Source: Octopus sinensis
Lineage: Eukaryota
Direction: 5' to 3'
Assembly (NCBI RefSeq): GCF_006345805.1
Contig: NC_043008.1
Span: 35,030,001-35,094,000 of the forward strand
DNA: 64,000 bases
The notes beneath the pieces were generated by a model. It made no database searches and was not told the DNA's origin. It saw nothing but the letters and a program-made list of their open reading frames with translations. Shown piece by piece: positions 12,867 to 24,642 of the stretch (position 1 is its first letter; each line of letters begins with the position of its first letter). A program made the position numbers and the translations under genes.

Positions 12867-13088
12867 GTGTGTGTGTGTGTGTTTTGTGTCTGTTTGTTCT
12901 GCCCACCACCATCGCCTGACAAACCGATGTTGGTGTGTTTACATCTCCGTGAGCTAGCGGTTCGGCAAATGAGTCCGATAGAATAAGTACCATGCTTACA
13001 AAGAATAAGTCCTGGAATCGATTTTTTCGGCTAAAAGGCGGTGTTCCAGCATGGCCGCAGTCAAATGATTGAAACAAATAGAAGAATA
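12622..13088 (+). mobile_element. SINE family B, near full length
   Basis: tRNA-like head, CTTGGGCAAGTGTCTTCTACTATAGCC body, internal TA/TG tract and 3' GGCGGTGTTCCAGCATGGCCGCAGTCAAATGATTGAAACAAATAG. Confidence 0.9.
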
Positions 13089-13135
13089 TACATATGTCTA
13101 TGCATATACACACATAAATAATACATGCATGCATC

Positions 13136-13186
<51 letters not shown>

Positions 13187-13204
13187 CTATATTATATATA
13201 TATA

Positions 13205-13248
<44 letters not shown>

Positions 13249-14310
13249 TACAAATATAAGTTCCCTAGATATTTCAAGGATTGTATAAAAATAACAACAA
13301 ACGGAAAAATTTAACAAATCCATAACAAACGGAAAATTAAACAACAGCATAGTACACGAAAAATTTCACACTCGATTCCTCATCAGTCAATATCCAGGAA
13401 ACATAGTGGTTTCGCTGTTAACATTGATACAACTCCGTCTTAGCAGCGCCAGAGCAGAAAGCTACTGGGAGTAGCTAAAGAACATACAACAAGGACAAAA
13501 ACAAACAAGACAAACTAAGAATTTTATAAACTTTTAAGAGAACATGAAATAATTCGGTTTTTTTTTTTGGACTTGTGTATCTCAAAGTATACCTAAAGCT
13601 ATAAACAACAGCCTGTAAATATTTATAAGCTATTATTTGTAGTTTTATGTGTCTGGTTCGAGATACACAACTCTAAAAAGAATTATATCTATCCATCTGT
13701 CTATATGTGTGTAGGTGTGTGTGTATGTATGTATGTTTGTAGGTGAATTGTTGTTGTGGCATCTTCTCTTAATTGTTCAACAAAAATTTCGATTCTCTAC
13801 TTTCAAACTAGACTACAAAACCATTTGTTGAATCGATCTGGGTATCCGATTGATAAATTATTTAGAGAACGCCAGAGAGTTTAAGAGGGTTTCAGTCGAA
13901 TGCCTCTAGAGGATGTGACATAATTAACAAATGACAATTAAGATCGTGTGCATTACAACTTCAAGTTTCGCCATCACTTGGCTCATTAGGTAATGTACGT
14001 AAATCTTCCGGTTTTACCTTTTTACATTAATATATTAAAATATTTAATGTATCAATGCAAGGCGAGAGAAGTTGCACAGCATATACTCTCATTTGACGGC
14101 GAGGATGACTGTATGTATGTATATACGTACGTACGTATGTATGTATACATATATGTGTGTACGTAGAGAGAAAACGTACAATTGCGTCCAATGACGTAGT
14201 GTAACAAGTATATCTAATAAGTGCTCAAGTTGGTTTACCACTAAAACTACGACATAAACTACAACTGAGGCAAAAGTACTGTTGTAGATGTGTGTGTGTG
14301 TGTATATATA

Positions 14311-14631
14311 TACTTTTTTTAATCCGAGGGGAGGCAATGCGTGCAGCAACTAAAGGAACATAACAAAATCCACAGAAAGATCAAACACATACATATATTC
14401 ATATATTCAAGGTGTTATATATGCAACTTTGATTCTCTTGTATATTTATATATTCTTATATGATATATTTATATATTACTAAATTTTTAAAATTTTAAAC
14501 GTCGGGCTTTATATCTGTTCTGTAGATATAAATGAATATATGAATATATGTATTTGTTTGAAGTTTCTGTGGATTTTGTAATGTTCCTTTAGTTGCTGCT
14601 CGCATTGCCTCCCCTCGGATTAAAAAAAGTG
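14311..14631. mobile_element. Foldback/MITE with ~99 bp terminal inverted repeats and TA target duplication
   Basis: Left arm 14311-14409 versus reverse complement of 14533-14631: 6 mismatches by eye; TA at 14309-14310 and 14632-14633; AT-rich 123 bp spacer. Confidence 0.85.
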
Positions 14632-14741
14632 TATACAGCTCATTTGAGCACTACTATTCCATTCTGTTATATATCTTGAGCGTTGTTGTCACTAACGATC
14701 TCAAGGTATAACTTAATATTTGTAATATATATATATATATC

Positions 14742-14794
<53 letters not shown>

Positions 14795-14845
14795 ATATAT
14801 TATGTATGTATGCATGTATGTATGTATGTATATTTATATTTAATC

Positions 14846-14940
14846 TCTTATCTTTTACTTGTTTCAGCCATTAGACTGCGGCCATGCTGGGGCACAACCT
14901 TGAAGAATTTTAGTCCAACAAATCGAGCCCAGGACTTATT
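14846..14940 (-). mobile_element. SINE family B 3' tail
   Basis: Plus strand TCTTTTACTTGTTTCAGCCATTAGACTGCGGCCATGCTGGGGCAC is the reverse complement of the B 3' end. Confidence 0.8.
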
Positions 14941-15010
14941 TTTTTATTGACAGGCGGTGTGTGTGTGTGTGTGTGCCTGTGTCTCCCTCCATACACACTT
15001 ACAAATATAT

Positions 15011-15113
15011 AGCTTACAAAGAATAAGTCTTGGGGTCGATTTGTTCGATTAAAGTTGGTGCTCCAGCATGGTCGCAGTCAAATGACTGAAACAAATAAAA
15101 GAATAAAAGAATA
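15011..15113 (+). mobile_element. SINE family B 3' tail (inverted relative to 14846-14940)
   Basis: GAATAAGTCTTGGGGTCGATTTGTTCGA..GTGCTCCAGCATGGTCGCAGTCAAATGACTGAAACAAATAAAAGAATAAAAG. Confidence 0.85.
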
Positions 15114-15124
15114 TGTATAGTTGA

Positions 15125-15255
15125 AATTTACAGAAAAACAAAAGACGAAGGCAGGTGTACAAAGAAGCAGGTGTATTACTTTGACGCTCGGGAAGGTGAG
15201 AAAGTCTTTTACGTTTCGAGCCTACGCTCTTCATCAGAAAGGAACATGAGGAAAT
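15125..15255 (-). mobile_element. Penelope-LTR-like module H1
   Basis: Homologous to 49215-49420 and 57345-57550; contains the HHR at 15206-15241. Confidence 0.7.
15206..15241 (-). ncRNA. Minimal type-I hammerhead ribozyme motif, intact core
   Basis: CTTT-CTGATGA-A-GAGC(GTAG)GCTC-GAAA-CGTA-AAAG: stem I CTTT/AAAG, stem II 4 bp, palindromic ACGT in place of stem III, GUA triplet; predicted cut between 15210 and 15209. Confidence 0.75.
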
Positions 15256-15272
15256 ATATATATAAATGCAAT

Positions 15273-15407
15273 GGGCTTCTTTCAGTTTCCGCCTGTCAAT
15301 CTACTCACATAGCTTTGGTTGGCCCCCGAGGCTATTGAAGAAGATACTTATTGATAATGTCACGCAGTGAGATTGAACTAGGAACCATGAGGTTGAGAAG
15401 TATACTT
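15273..15407 (-). mobile_element. SINE family B, 5' part
   Basis: Plus strand GGGCTTCTTTCAGTTTCCGCC..CACGCAGTGAGATTGAACTAGGAACCATG. Confidence 0.7.
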
Positions 15408-16034
15408 CAAACTAGAAGCAAGTAAAGCTATAAAAAATAGTGGGTTATAAAAAAATTCTTTGGATTGAAGATGAATGCTGCCCCTCGGACTCGAACGCAT
15501 ATCAGTCGTATCACATATATATATATATATAAGTACAGCATAATAGTTGGATTTAAAGACAATGACCATTCTCATCTTTTATTTGTTTCAGTCATGGACA
15601 AAGTTATTTGAGTTCTTGAGTTATTTTCCGTGAATTTCTTTTTTTCCAGATTTTTAAACAACTCCTAACGAAGATTTGTTTGCTAATGACATGTTTCAGT
15701 TATTTGAAGGTATTTTTTAAACTCACGATATTACATATGTTAAATGCTTGTCTAATTAGTCATTTCGTTCTTTCCTGCTGTTGCTACCACCACCACCACC
15801 AACAACACCTCCATCATCACCACGTATGATCACGCACTACAGTGCTCTGTAAATAAAGTTATTAGACACCCACATTACTACAAAGAACACTAATTTTACA
15901 CTTGATCCACCACCTGCTCTCTCTTTCTCTCCACCCTTATCTCTTCTCTCTCTCTATATATATATATATAAACATACATACAGATACTTATATATATATG
16001 TGTGTGTGTTATATCGGGTTACACACGCATACAC

Positions 16035-16455
16035 GTGATTAACGGTAAATAGAGGTGAGAAGCGATAGAATTGAGTGGGTAAAGGAGTATACCTATTCAG
16101 GGCAGACAGAGAACATGTACTGAGACATGGATGCTGAAATCTGGAAGAGAATAAGGGTAGGATGGAAGGCGTTTACCTCAATAGAGGATGTTCTCAAAGC
16201 AAAACTGAACAAGACAAGCCAGACACTTCTATAGTACAGTCCAACCTGCGCTTTTAAGTGCAAGTCAGACGTTGGCTACTGCGAAGAAAGAAAATCGACT
16301 GACTAATATGCAAAGGGCCAAGGAAAGATTCATGTTAGAAACTGTATTAGGGAGAGTCATTGATGCGATCGCAGAATATCGAAAACATAAATTCTACTGG
16401 GCCAAACATATTGATCTGGAATTAGACTGAGGACAGAAAACTCCGAATGAGCCGT
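16035..16455 (+). mobile_element. Decayed RTE-clade LINE, C-terminal RT region
   Basis: Manual translation across stops/frameshifts: EWVKEYTYSGQ..DAEIWKRIRVGWKAFTSIEDVLK..TVQPALLSASQT..MQRAKERFML..YRKHKFYWAKHI. This resembles the RTE pattern YxYLGQ..EIxxRxxxxWxAF..VLPALLYGSETW..QRAMERxML..WAGHV. Confidence 0.8.
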
Positions 16456-16547
16456 ACTTGCTTTTTCTTGTCCCTTTTTGTATCCTCTGTCTGGATGTTT
16501 TGTTGTTGCGTTCTTGTCCCATTTTTTGTATTCTTATATATATATAT

Positions 16548-16625
<78 letters not shown>

Positions 16626-17056
16626 GTATATATGCATAAGATACATATATTGTTTGCTAAAGAAATTTCAAAACCATGGTATAACCGATAATAAATAACA
16701 AGGTAAAAGTTTTTATTTTTCAATCCCTTCGAAAGTTGCTCTGAAATCGTGGTTTTGACTGTGTTGGCTGCTATTTCTAGCATGTAAAAATTACCTGTTT
16801 AAAGGTAATTTTCTCTTGTGTTTAAATGTACACTTTTTAAAAATAGTATATATATATATATATATATATAACGACAACCAGTAATATGCACGAAGAAAAT
16901 TATATCTTTATTTTAGATCACACATCAAAAATCCAACAATTGTTTCAATTGCATTAACATACATACACACGCACACACACACAGAGACACATATACATAT
17001 ATTCACACACACACACATATATACATGTTTTCACACATGCACACACATTACACACA

Positions 17057-17087
<31 letters not shown>

Positions 17088-17341
17088 TACACACACACAC
17101 ACACACAATATTATTAAAATTAGTAATAATATCTACGAAAATTTGTTTCAACACAACGTTATCAAGGTATTCCAAATTGGGGAAATTCCAACTGAACATC
17201 TGAAAACATTTTTACCTGTTAGAAAACACTAACAAAAAGAAACGCCGAAACAAATTTAACTTTAGACATTCATTCATCCAACCAAGAGCGACGTGGTTGA
17301 ATATAGACAGATATAGATTAAACACACACACAACACACACA

Positions 17342-17384
<43 letters not shown>

Positions 17385-17557
17385 ACATACACACATACAC
17401 ACACACAACACACACACTCACGTACGTACATATATGTTTGTATATATGTATATGTATATATATATAATGTATATATATATATATATATATAGTGAGAGAG
17501 AAATAAATTTATATATACATATATAAACATAGATAAACGTGCAAACATGCACACACT

Positions 17558-17594
<37 letters not shown>

Positions 17595-17984
17595 GTACGC
17601 GGACACATATATACATATAAATGTATATAGAGAGAGGGTGGAAGAGGAGTGAGTGAGAGAGGGTGAAAGGAGAGAGAGGAAGAATAATCGGTTAATGAAA
17701 ATGATAACCATACACAAAAGAAGGAATCAACTCCAACATAATAGATAGAATGAGAACGAAATACGATTCAAGCAAAAATATCCAATTAAAAAACAACAAC
17801 AAAAAGCAAAAACAGAAAGAGAAAAGAAAGACCAAACAAACAAACAAACATTCACCTGATGATCGGATTGACGTGAAACTCAAACCCCGAGAGAAAACAA
17901 TTCATTTTAAAGAAACAATATACAGTAACGCCGGAATATATATTATGCCTGGATGGATGTATGTTCGTATGTTTATATATATAC

Positions 17985-18260
17985 GCATGCATGCGTGTAT
18001 GTATGTATGTATGTATGTATGTATGTATGTATGTATGTATGTATGTATGTATGTATGTATGTGTGTGTGTATGTATGTAGGTATATATGTATGTATGAAT
18101 GTATGTATGTATGTATGTATGCATGCATGTATGTATGTATGTATGCATGTATGTATGTATGCATGCATGTATGTATGTATGTATGTACGTATGTATGTAT
18201 GCATGCATGTATGTATGTATGCATGTTATGATGTATGTATGTATGTAGTATGTATGTATG

Positions 18261-18292
<32 letters not shown>

Positions 18293-18575
18293 TGTGTGTG
18301 TGTATGTATGTATGTATGTATGTATGTACGTATGTATGTAGGTATATATGTATGTATGAATGTATGTATGTATGTATGTATGTATGTATGCATGCATGCA
18401 TGTATGTATGTATGTATGTATGTATGTATGTATGTACGTATGTATGTATGCATGCATGTATGTATGTATGTATGCATGCGTGTATGTATGTATGTATGTA
18501 TGTATGTATGTATTAAGTATGCATGCATGTATGTATGTATGTATGTATGTATGTATGTATGTATGTATATATATA
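17985..18575. repeat. Imperfect (TATG/TGCA)n array
   Basis: Seen directly; source of the 285/276 aa ORFs. Confidence 0.95.
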
Positions 18576-18853
18576 TATGTCTGTGCATGCGCGATGTAGT
18601 GGAGTAAAACTTCCAATAATTTTGATGTAACATTAATCAAAATCAGTAGAGAGGATACAGCTATAGCTGCCATGAAAAACATTTCAAGATAAATAATTCG
18701 TCATAGGAGAAAGGGTGGGCCTTTCAGAATATCGTACATAAACACAGAAATACGGTAAACGCTTGGATGCAAGGCACCAGATAAATGCATTGATATGACA
18801 GACAAGGCCATAATATGCATACTTACCTGCTAAACCATACAAACGTACAACAC

Positions 18854-18943
<90 letters not shown>

Positions 18944-19047
18944 AATGTAAACATATTTGCATATATGAATTTACATATTTATAAATTTATTTCTGCTATG
19001 TATATATGTACATACATGTACGTAAATATATATACATACATACCCAA

Positions 19048-19084
<37 letters not shown>

Positions 19085-19152
19085 TACACATATATATATA
19101 TACACACACACATATATATATACACACACACATATATATGCATATACATATA

Positions 19153-19940
19153 CAGGGTGCGATGGGTAAGTTGTTACCATTTTATATTTTTGATTTCGAG
19201 GAAAAGTATTGTCTTTGATTTTGTCGACTACACAGTACAGTAGGGTCAGTTGGGTACCGTCTGTGATAAAAACCGCACCACGACGCAATTCACTCTGCTA
19301 GAAATTTGGAAACGACTTGCTGTACTGCTTGGCATTCGTTTTGGAATCTCCAATAGTAACACTGCAGAGCGTATGGATGTCAATCTGAGGAAAGTGCAAT
19401 ATGAGAACATGTACCGAGAGTGATTAAAATCAAACATCCAGTCATCATCATGGTGTTTGGAATGATCACAAGTGATGGCGACGCTATGCCTCCTTTCATC
19501 TTTCCACACGACCTCACACTCAACACGGGGCCCTACATCAAGTGCCTGGAGGAGGTAGTGCTGCTTACAAACAGTCATGGCTGTCAGATAATTTCTGCGA
19601 CCACACCACCCCTCACGTCTGGCCACCTGACTCCCCACACTGCAACCCCCTTAATTATTATGTGTGGGGAGCAGCTGAGCGAGAGACCAACAAAACTCCT
19701 TGCAACACCAAAGATGAACTGAAGGCAAGGATTATGACAGCATTCACCAACTTAAACAAGAAAACCGTCCAGTAGAGTTGCAGGAGATTCTGAAGTCGTC
19801 TGGAGGTCCTGGTTGAAGCCAATGGCGATTTTACTGAATAAATTTTACTCTTTAAAGATTTTAACGTAAATTTGGTAAATATATCTGTTATTTTTTTCAG
19901 TTTTACGTTATTTAGACGTCAATATATTCTCCGCACCTTG
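19153..19940 (+). mobile_element. Internally deleted Tc1/mariner element, maT (DD37D/Bmmar1)-like
   Basis: Ends TA|CAGGGTGCG ... CGCACCTTG (8/9 inverted). N-terminal HTH-like segment from 19280 (QFTLLEIWKRLAVLLGIRFG..VNLRKVQ), then KHPVIIMVFGMITSDGDAMPPFIFP..YIKCLEEVVL, then a deletion, then QSWLSDNF..WPPDSPHCNPLNYYVWG..RLEVLVEANGDF. Family assignment is by eye. Confidence 0.85.
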
Positions 19941-19941
19941 T

Positions 19942-20006
19942 CTATGTATGTATGTATGTATGTATGTATGTATGTATGTATGTATGTATGTATGTATGTA
20001 TGAATG

Positions 20007-20040
<34 letters not shown>

Positions 20041-20156
20041 TGTATGAATGTATGTATGTTGTATGTATGTATGTATGTATGTATGTATGTATGTATGTGT
20101 GTATGTATGTATGTATGTATGTGTGTATGTATGTATGTATGTATGTATATATATAT
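19942..20156. repeat. (TATG)n array between the mariner end and a SINE B
   Basis: Seen directly. Confidence 0.95.
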
Positions 20157-20311
20157 AGCTTGCTAACCAACCACATGGTTCCGGGTTCAGTCCCACTGCG
20201 TGGCATCTTGGCCAAGTGTCTTCTGCAATAGCCCCGGGCCGACCAATGCCTTGTGAGTGGATTTGGTAGACGGAAACTGAATGAAGCCTGTCGTATATAT
20301 GTATATATATG

Positions 20312-20355
<44 letters not shown>

Positions 20356-20564
20356 GTGTGTGTGTGTGTTTGTCCTCCTAGCATTGCTTGACAACCGATG
20401 CTGGTGTGTTTAAGTCCCCGTCACTTAGCAGTTCGGAAAAAGAGACCGATAGAATAAGTACTGGGCTTACAAAGAATAAGTCCCGGGGTCGATTTGCTCG
20501 ACTAAAGGCGGTGCTCCAGCATGGCCGCAGTCAAATGACTGAAACAAGTAAAAGAGTAAAAGAG
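20157..20564 (+). mobile_element. SINE family B, young copy lacking the first ~25 nt
   Basis: AGCTTGCTAACCAACCACATGGTTCCGGGTTCAGTCCCACTGCGTGGC..GAAACAAGTAAAAGAGTAAAAGAG; ends in short tandem repeats. Confidence 0.92.
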
Positions 20565-20597
<33 letters not shown>

Positions 20598-21650
20598 TAT
20601 ATATTTATTTATTTTATAGAAGGAGCTTCTACAGGACTAGAACTGTTTCATTCAAATGAAATCATCAGAAGGTATTGAGTACCTTATTTACTGTGGTTAA
20701 CCCCGACTCAACCCGGGACCCTACATATATATATATATATTATGTATATATATATAGTTGTGTAAACAAAAATAGGCAGAAATGAATGTATACGTACATA
20801 TGTTTGCGCGGGCATGTGTATAAGTGTGTGTGCGTGTATGTATGTGTACGTGAGTGTTTATAAGTGTCCAGCGTATGTCTCCGTGTTCGTTTCCATGCGT
20901 GTGCGTGCGTGTGCGTACGCGTCTGCGCGTGCCCTATGTTTGTGCATTCGAGCATCTAAGCGCGAGTCTCTCTCTCTCTCTCTCTCTGTTCATTTCTATG
21001 TTGCCGTTCGTCAATGAATGAATGAACAGGATTGTGTTAGTCTGAAAAACACACACTCTCTTCTGGTTGCCAAGCGACAAAATTATCGATTGAATTTCAG
21101 CTGATCTGAAGGTAATCCCTAGCTACACACTGTGATCTTTCTTTAACCAATTATCACCTGTACCTCATTTTCCATTTCCTTTAATATCGCCTTGTTCTTC
21201 TTGTCATTGTCTTCATTATTGTGACATTTGTTGCTTAACACATGGAATTATTATTAACAATACTCCATCATCTTCCTCCTCCTCCTACTCCTCCTCCTCT
21301 CCTCCTCCTCCTCCTCCTCCTCCTTATTAGCATTATTATTATTCTTGTTATTGCGTTTTTAAAAAGTACATCAATATAGATATATATTAATATATATTAT
21401 ACTATGTATGTATGTAGTATGTATGAGTGTAGACATAAGTATGTATGTGTATATATATATATATATAATATAATATATATATATATGTATATGTATATGT
21501 ATATACATACATATAATATATATCTGTGTGTGTGTGTGTGTGTTCATATATATACACAAAAAATGAAGGAGAGAGGGAGATGGAAATACAAGTAGAGAAT
21601 CATATCAGCTATATTTCTCTGCCTTTTCAGTTGCTTTCCCTTTCTTTCAT

Positions 21651-21693
<43 letters not shown>

Positions 21694-21942
21694 CTCTCTC
21701 TCTACATACACACACAAAACACACACACATACACACACATATATACATACATATATATACATATATACACACACAGACCACACACATATATATATATATA
21801 TATATTATATATACACACTTATATATATATACACACACACACTCATATACACACATGTGTACGTATGAATGTATGCATATATATCACATATTGAATAATA
21901 TATTTCTGTGGGGAATAGACAGAGGAATGGAGAGACTGAGAA

Positions 21943-21981
<39 letters not shown>

Positions 21982-21984
21982 TAC

Positions 21985-22050
<66 letters not shown>

Positions 22051-22466
22051 TAGGGAGAGTGAGAGAGAGAGAAGGGAGAGTGAGAGAGCAGGGAGAGAGA
22101 GAGACGGAGAAAGAAGAGAAAGAGAGCTGAAAGATAATTACGACTTCTCTCTCAATCACTTTGTCTCTCTCTCTCTCTCTCTCTCTCTTCTCTTTCCCCC
22201 CTTCTGTTTTGCTTAGTAAATTTGTCTCATCAGCTCTCCAATTCCGTCTGTTTATTGAGGTACACCTATTTCCTTTCTGCCAATCAATAAATTAGTCTAA
22301 CGCTCGTACGCACATACAAACATATATACACCACACACACACAGACACATACATACACACACGCCACACACACACACTCACATGCAAACTCACGTGCACA
22401 TTAATATGACAGACACACACACTGTCTGACTTTCCCTTTCTTTATAGATACATGTGTGTGTGTACG

Positions 22467-22514
<48 letters not shown>

Positions 22515-23895
22515 CATATTCATATATACATGCACACACATACACATATATATATACGTACGTATATACATGCACATACATACATATATGCATACATACA
22601 TATATATCCGTATATATACATGCATACATACATGCATGTATGTATGAGGGGGCAGCCTTCATGTATGTATATATATATATATATATATTTGTATATATTC
22701 TGATTACAATCAGATACCATATGCCCATTCGTGTGGTATGATGTATTCTCTTTCGCTATCTAAGAATCTTTAATTCATATTTTTTTTAATACTATTTCAC
22801 CTGAACATACGCCGTCTTATATCCTAAGCTGATGAATATGGTAATTCAAATAAAATTGCGAAGAGCTAAATTAATCCTCACGGAATTAAAAGCAAAACCA
22901 TTTCGTTGTGACTAATACTGTTAAGATTAGACAAGTCAAAGAATCTTAAGCGAGCCAAACTCTGCGCTCTCTAAATCTGTCAAAATATCCATTTTAAACA
23001 AATCAAAGATTGCAAAAACCTGTTTAAGAATACAAATTTGAGTGGAATGGTAATTGCCATGATACCTTTGCCATGTTTGGTAAGCAGAAGCGAATTAGAT
23101 AGTAATTATATCGAACCTAATTAGAAACATTTTGGTTAAGTTCCATTCCACATGAGACTTGGATGATTGAAAGGGCCTTAGAATTCAATTGTTATTTCTC
23201 AAGAGTTGACATCGAGCTGAGAAAGATGGGTTAATGTTCTCAAATGAGAACTACAAGACAAGAATAATGTAGCCAGAATCAAACCGGTCAATATTTGGAG
23301 ATGAATGGAATTGACGCTAATATAATATTTAAAAATAAGAAAATAAATGTTTTGGAGAGGGAGAAAAAAAAAAGACAGAGATAAGACGAAAAGTGTACAT
23401 AACATTTTAAGACTATTCATCTTGACTGGATGAAGCTTTCTTTGTCTCGGAATTTACACGAATTAGCTTACTGCATTACGATGTGTTAACGGATGGCGTT
23501 ATGCCAAATATTTTTATGAGTTTTTAAGTGATGTGCAATTCTTTATGGAAAACTTGTATTGATAATATTCAGAAGGCTTTGGAAATTTGCTCACACACAT
23601 CACCTGGCAATGTTCCTACCTCTGTATGATGCCAGATTAAATGACTCATCTCGCACGAAAGCAGAAACTCAAATAGATAACAAGAGAAATATAGAGAAAT
23701 ATAAGAGAAATAAAGAATATAAGAAAATGATAAGCACAAAGCTTCCGATTTCCAGCGAGAGTCGTGACGTACATCGTTTTTTTTTAACAACATTAGCAAC
23801 GTAATGGAAATAAAATGACGATACTCTGGAATCGAAAACGGCTTACAGATTCTGTTTACCATTCCATATAACCTTCTACTCTTCATTGATTGCAG

Positions 23896-24153
23896 ACACT
23901 GTCAGTCACTAAGTTTACCACCTACATTACATTGATCGCCACCGAAAATGGAAATATCTTAACATTAAAAATTTGCGACGAGTATCAAGAGGCAGAATTT
24001 CTACCAGAAGATACAAGCAGGAATGTCAATGCTGGAGACATTCAGGCCGCCATAATTTATAGTTTGATAACTCCCGGGGGACTGCTTGCGGCAATAAAAA
24101 CAGTTGTAGTTGTAATACGAATAGCTAAAGCAGCAAACAAGATAAAAATATGA
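23896..24153 (+). CDS. Possible terminal exon or pseudo-exon with a hydrophobic C-terminal segment
   Basis: Pyrimidine-rich tract plus CAG acceptor at 23893-23895, followed by an open, non-repetitive frame TLSVTKFTTYITLIATENGNILT..AAIIYSLITPGGLLAAIKTVVVVIRIAK..*. No recognisable family. Confidence 0.2.
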   Translation, partial: TLSVTKFTTYITLIATENGNILTLKICDEYQEAEFLPEDTSRNVNAGDIQAAIIYSLITPGGLLAAIKTVVVVIRIAKAANKIKI

Positions 24154-24459
24154 AATTCTAATTTGTCAAACTTACTATTGGTTGGATATCAAGATATTAT
24201 ATTAGGACGTGATTCAAGCTGGAACTGGTTTTCGTGATATGAAATATAAGAGTGTTTGATAAAGATGAATAAACAGTTGTTGCAGAATGGAAGGAAGCGC
24301 TGTAACAGCGAGTAGCCGCGTGGGCCATTTGTTGGCAATTCCTTACTCTTGGCAAATGATACCTTTACATCACTCAGGTAACAACCCTCCAACCCATGAA
24401 TCTGTTTGGGTAATCGATGCTGATGAGGTTTTTACGAGTTCGAAGTGAAGATCCTACCT

Positions 24460-24642
24460 CAGTCTCTTTCAGTCGCCTTTTATGACACTTAGGGGAAATG
24501 CTGGGTCTATTCTTTGACATGCCGGTCCCCGCAGGACACTAGAGCAACGTGAAACACAACTCGCCGCCGGCTCTGGGAATCGAACCAAATGATCTGGCGA
24601 TCGTGAGTACAAGACCCTAACCACTAGGCTACAAGCCTTCAC
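24460..24642 (-). mobile_element. SINE with family C-type tRNA head and a different 3' part
   Basis: Minus strand GTAGCCTAGTGGTTAGGGTCTTGTACTCACGATCG..GGTTCGATTCCCAG..TTTCACGTTGCTCTAG..CCTAAGTGTCATAAAAGGCGAC. Confidence 0.7.

Noticed and set aside
13340-13400. CTGATGAGG..GAAA on the minus strand
   Set aside because: No stem II, stem I or palindromic stem III pairing could be formed.
13570-13673. 17 bp inverted repeat (15/17) about 70 bp apart
   Set aside because: Possibly a tiny MITE, but there is no clear TSD and no second copy in the window.
16931-16947. GAAACAATTGTT (minus strand), the 3' half of a 49757-type hammerhead
   Set aside because: The CTGANGA half is absent (replaced by a CA tract); only a remnant.
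17851-17890. CACCTGATGATCGG..GAAAC hammerhead-like words
   Set aside because: At most 2 bp in stem II, and no GUH plus stem I partner.
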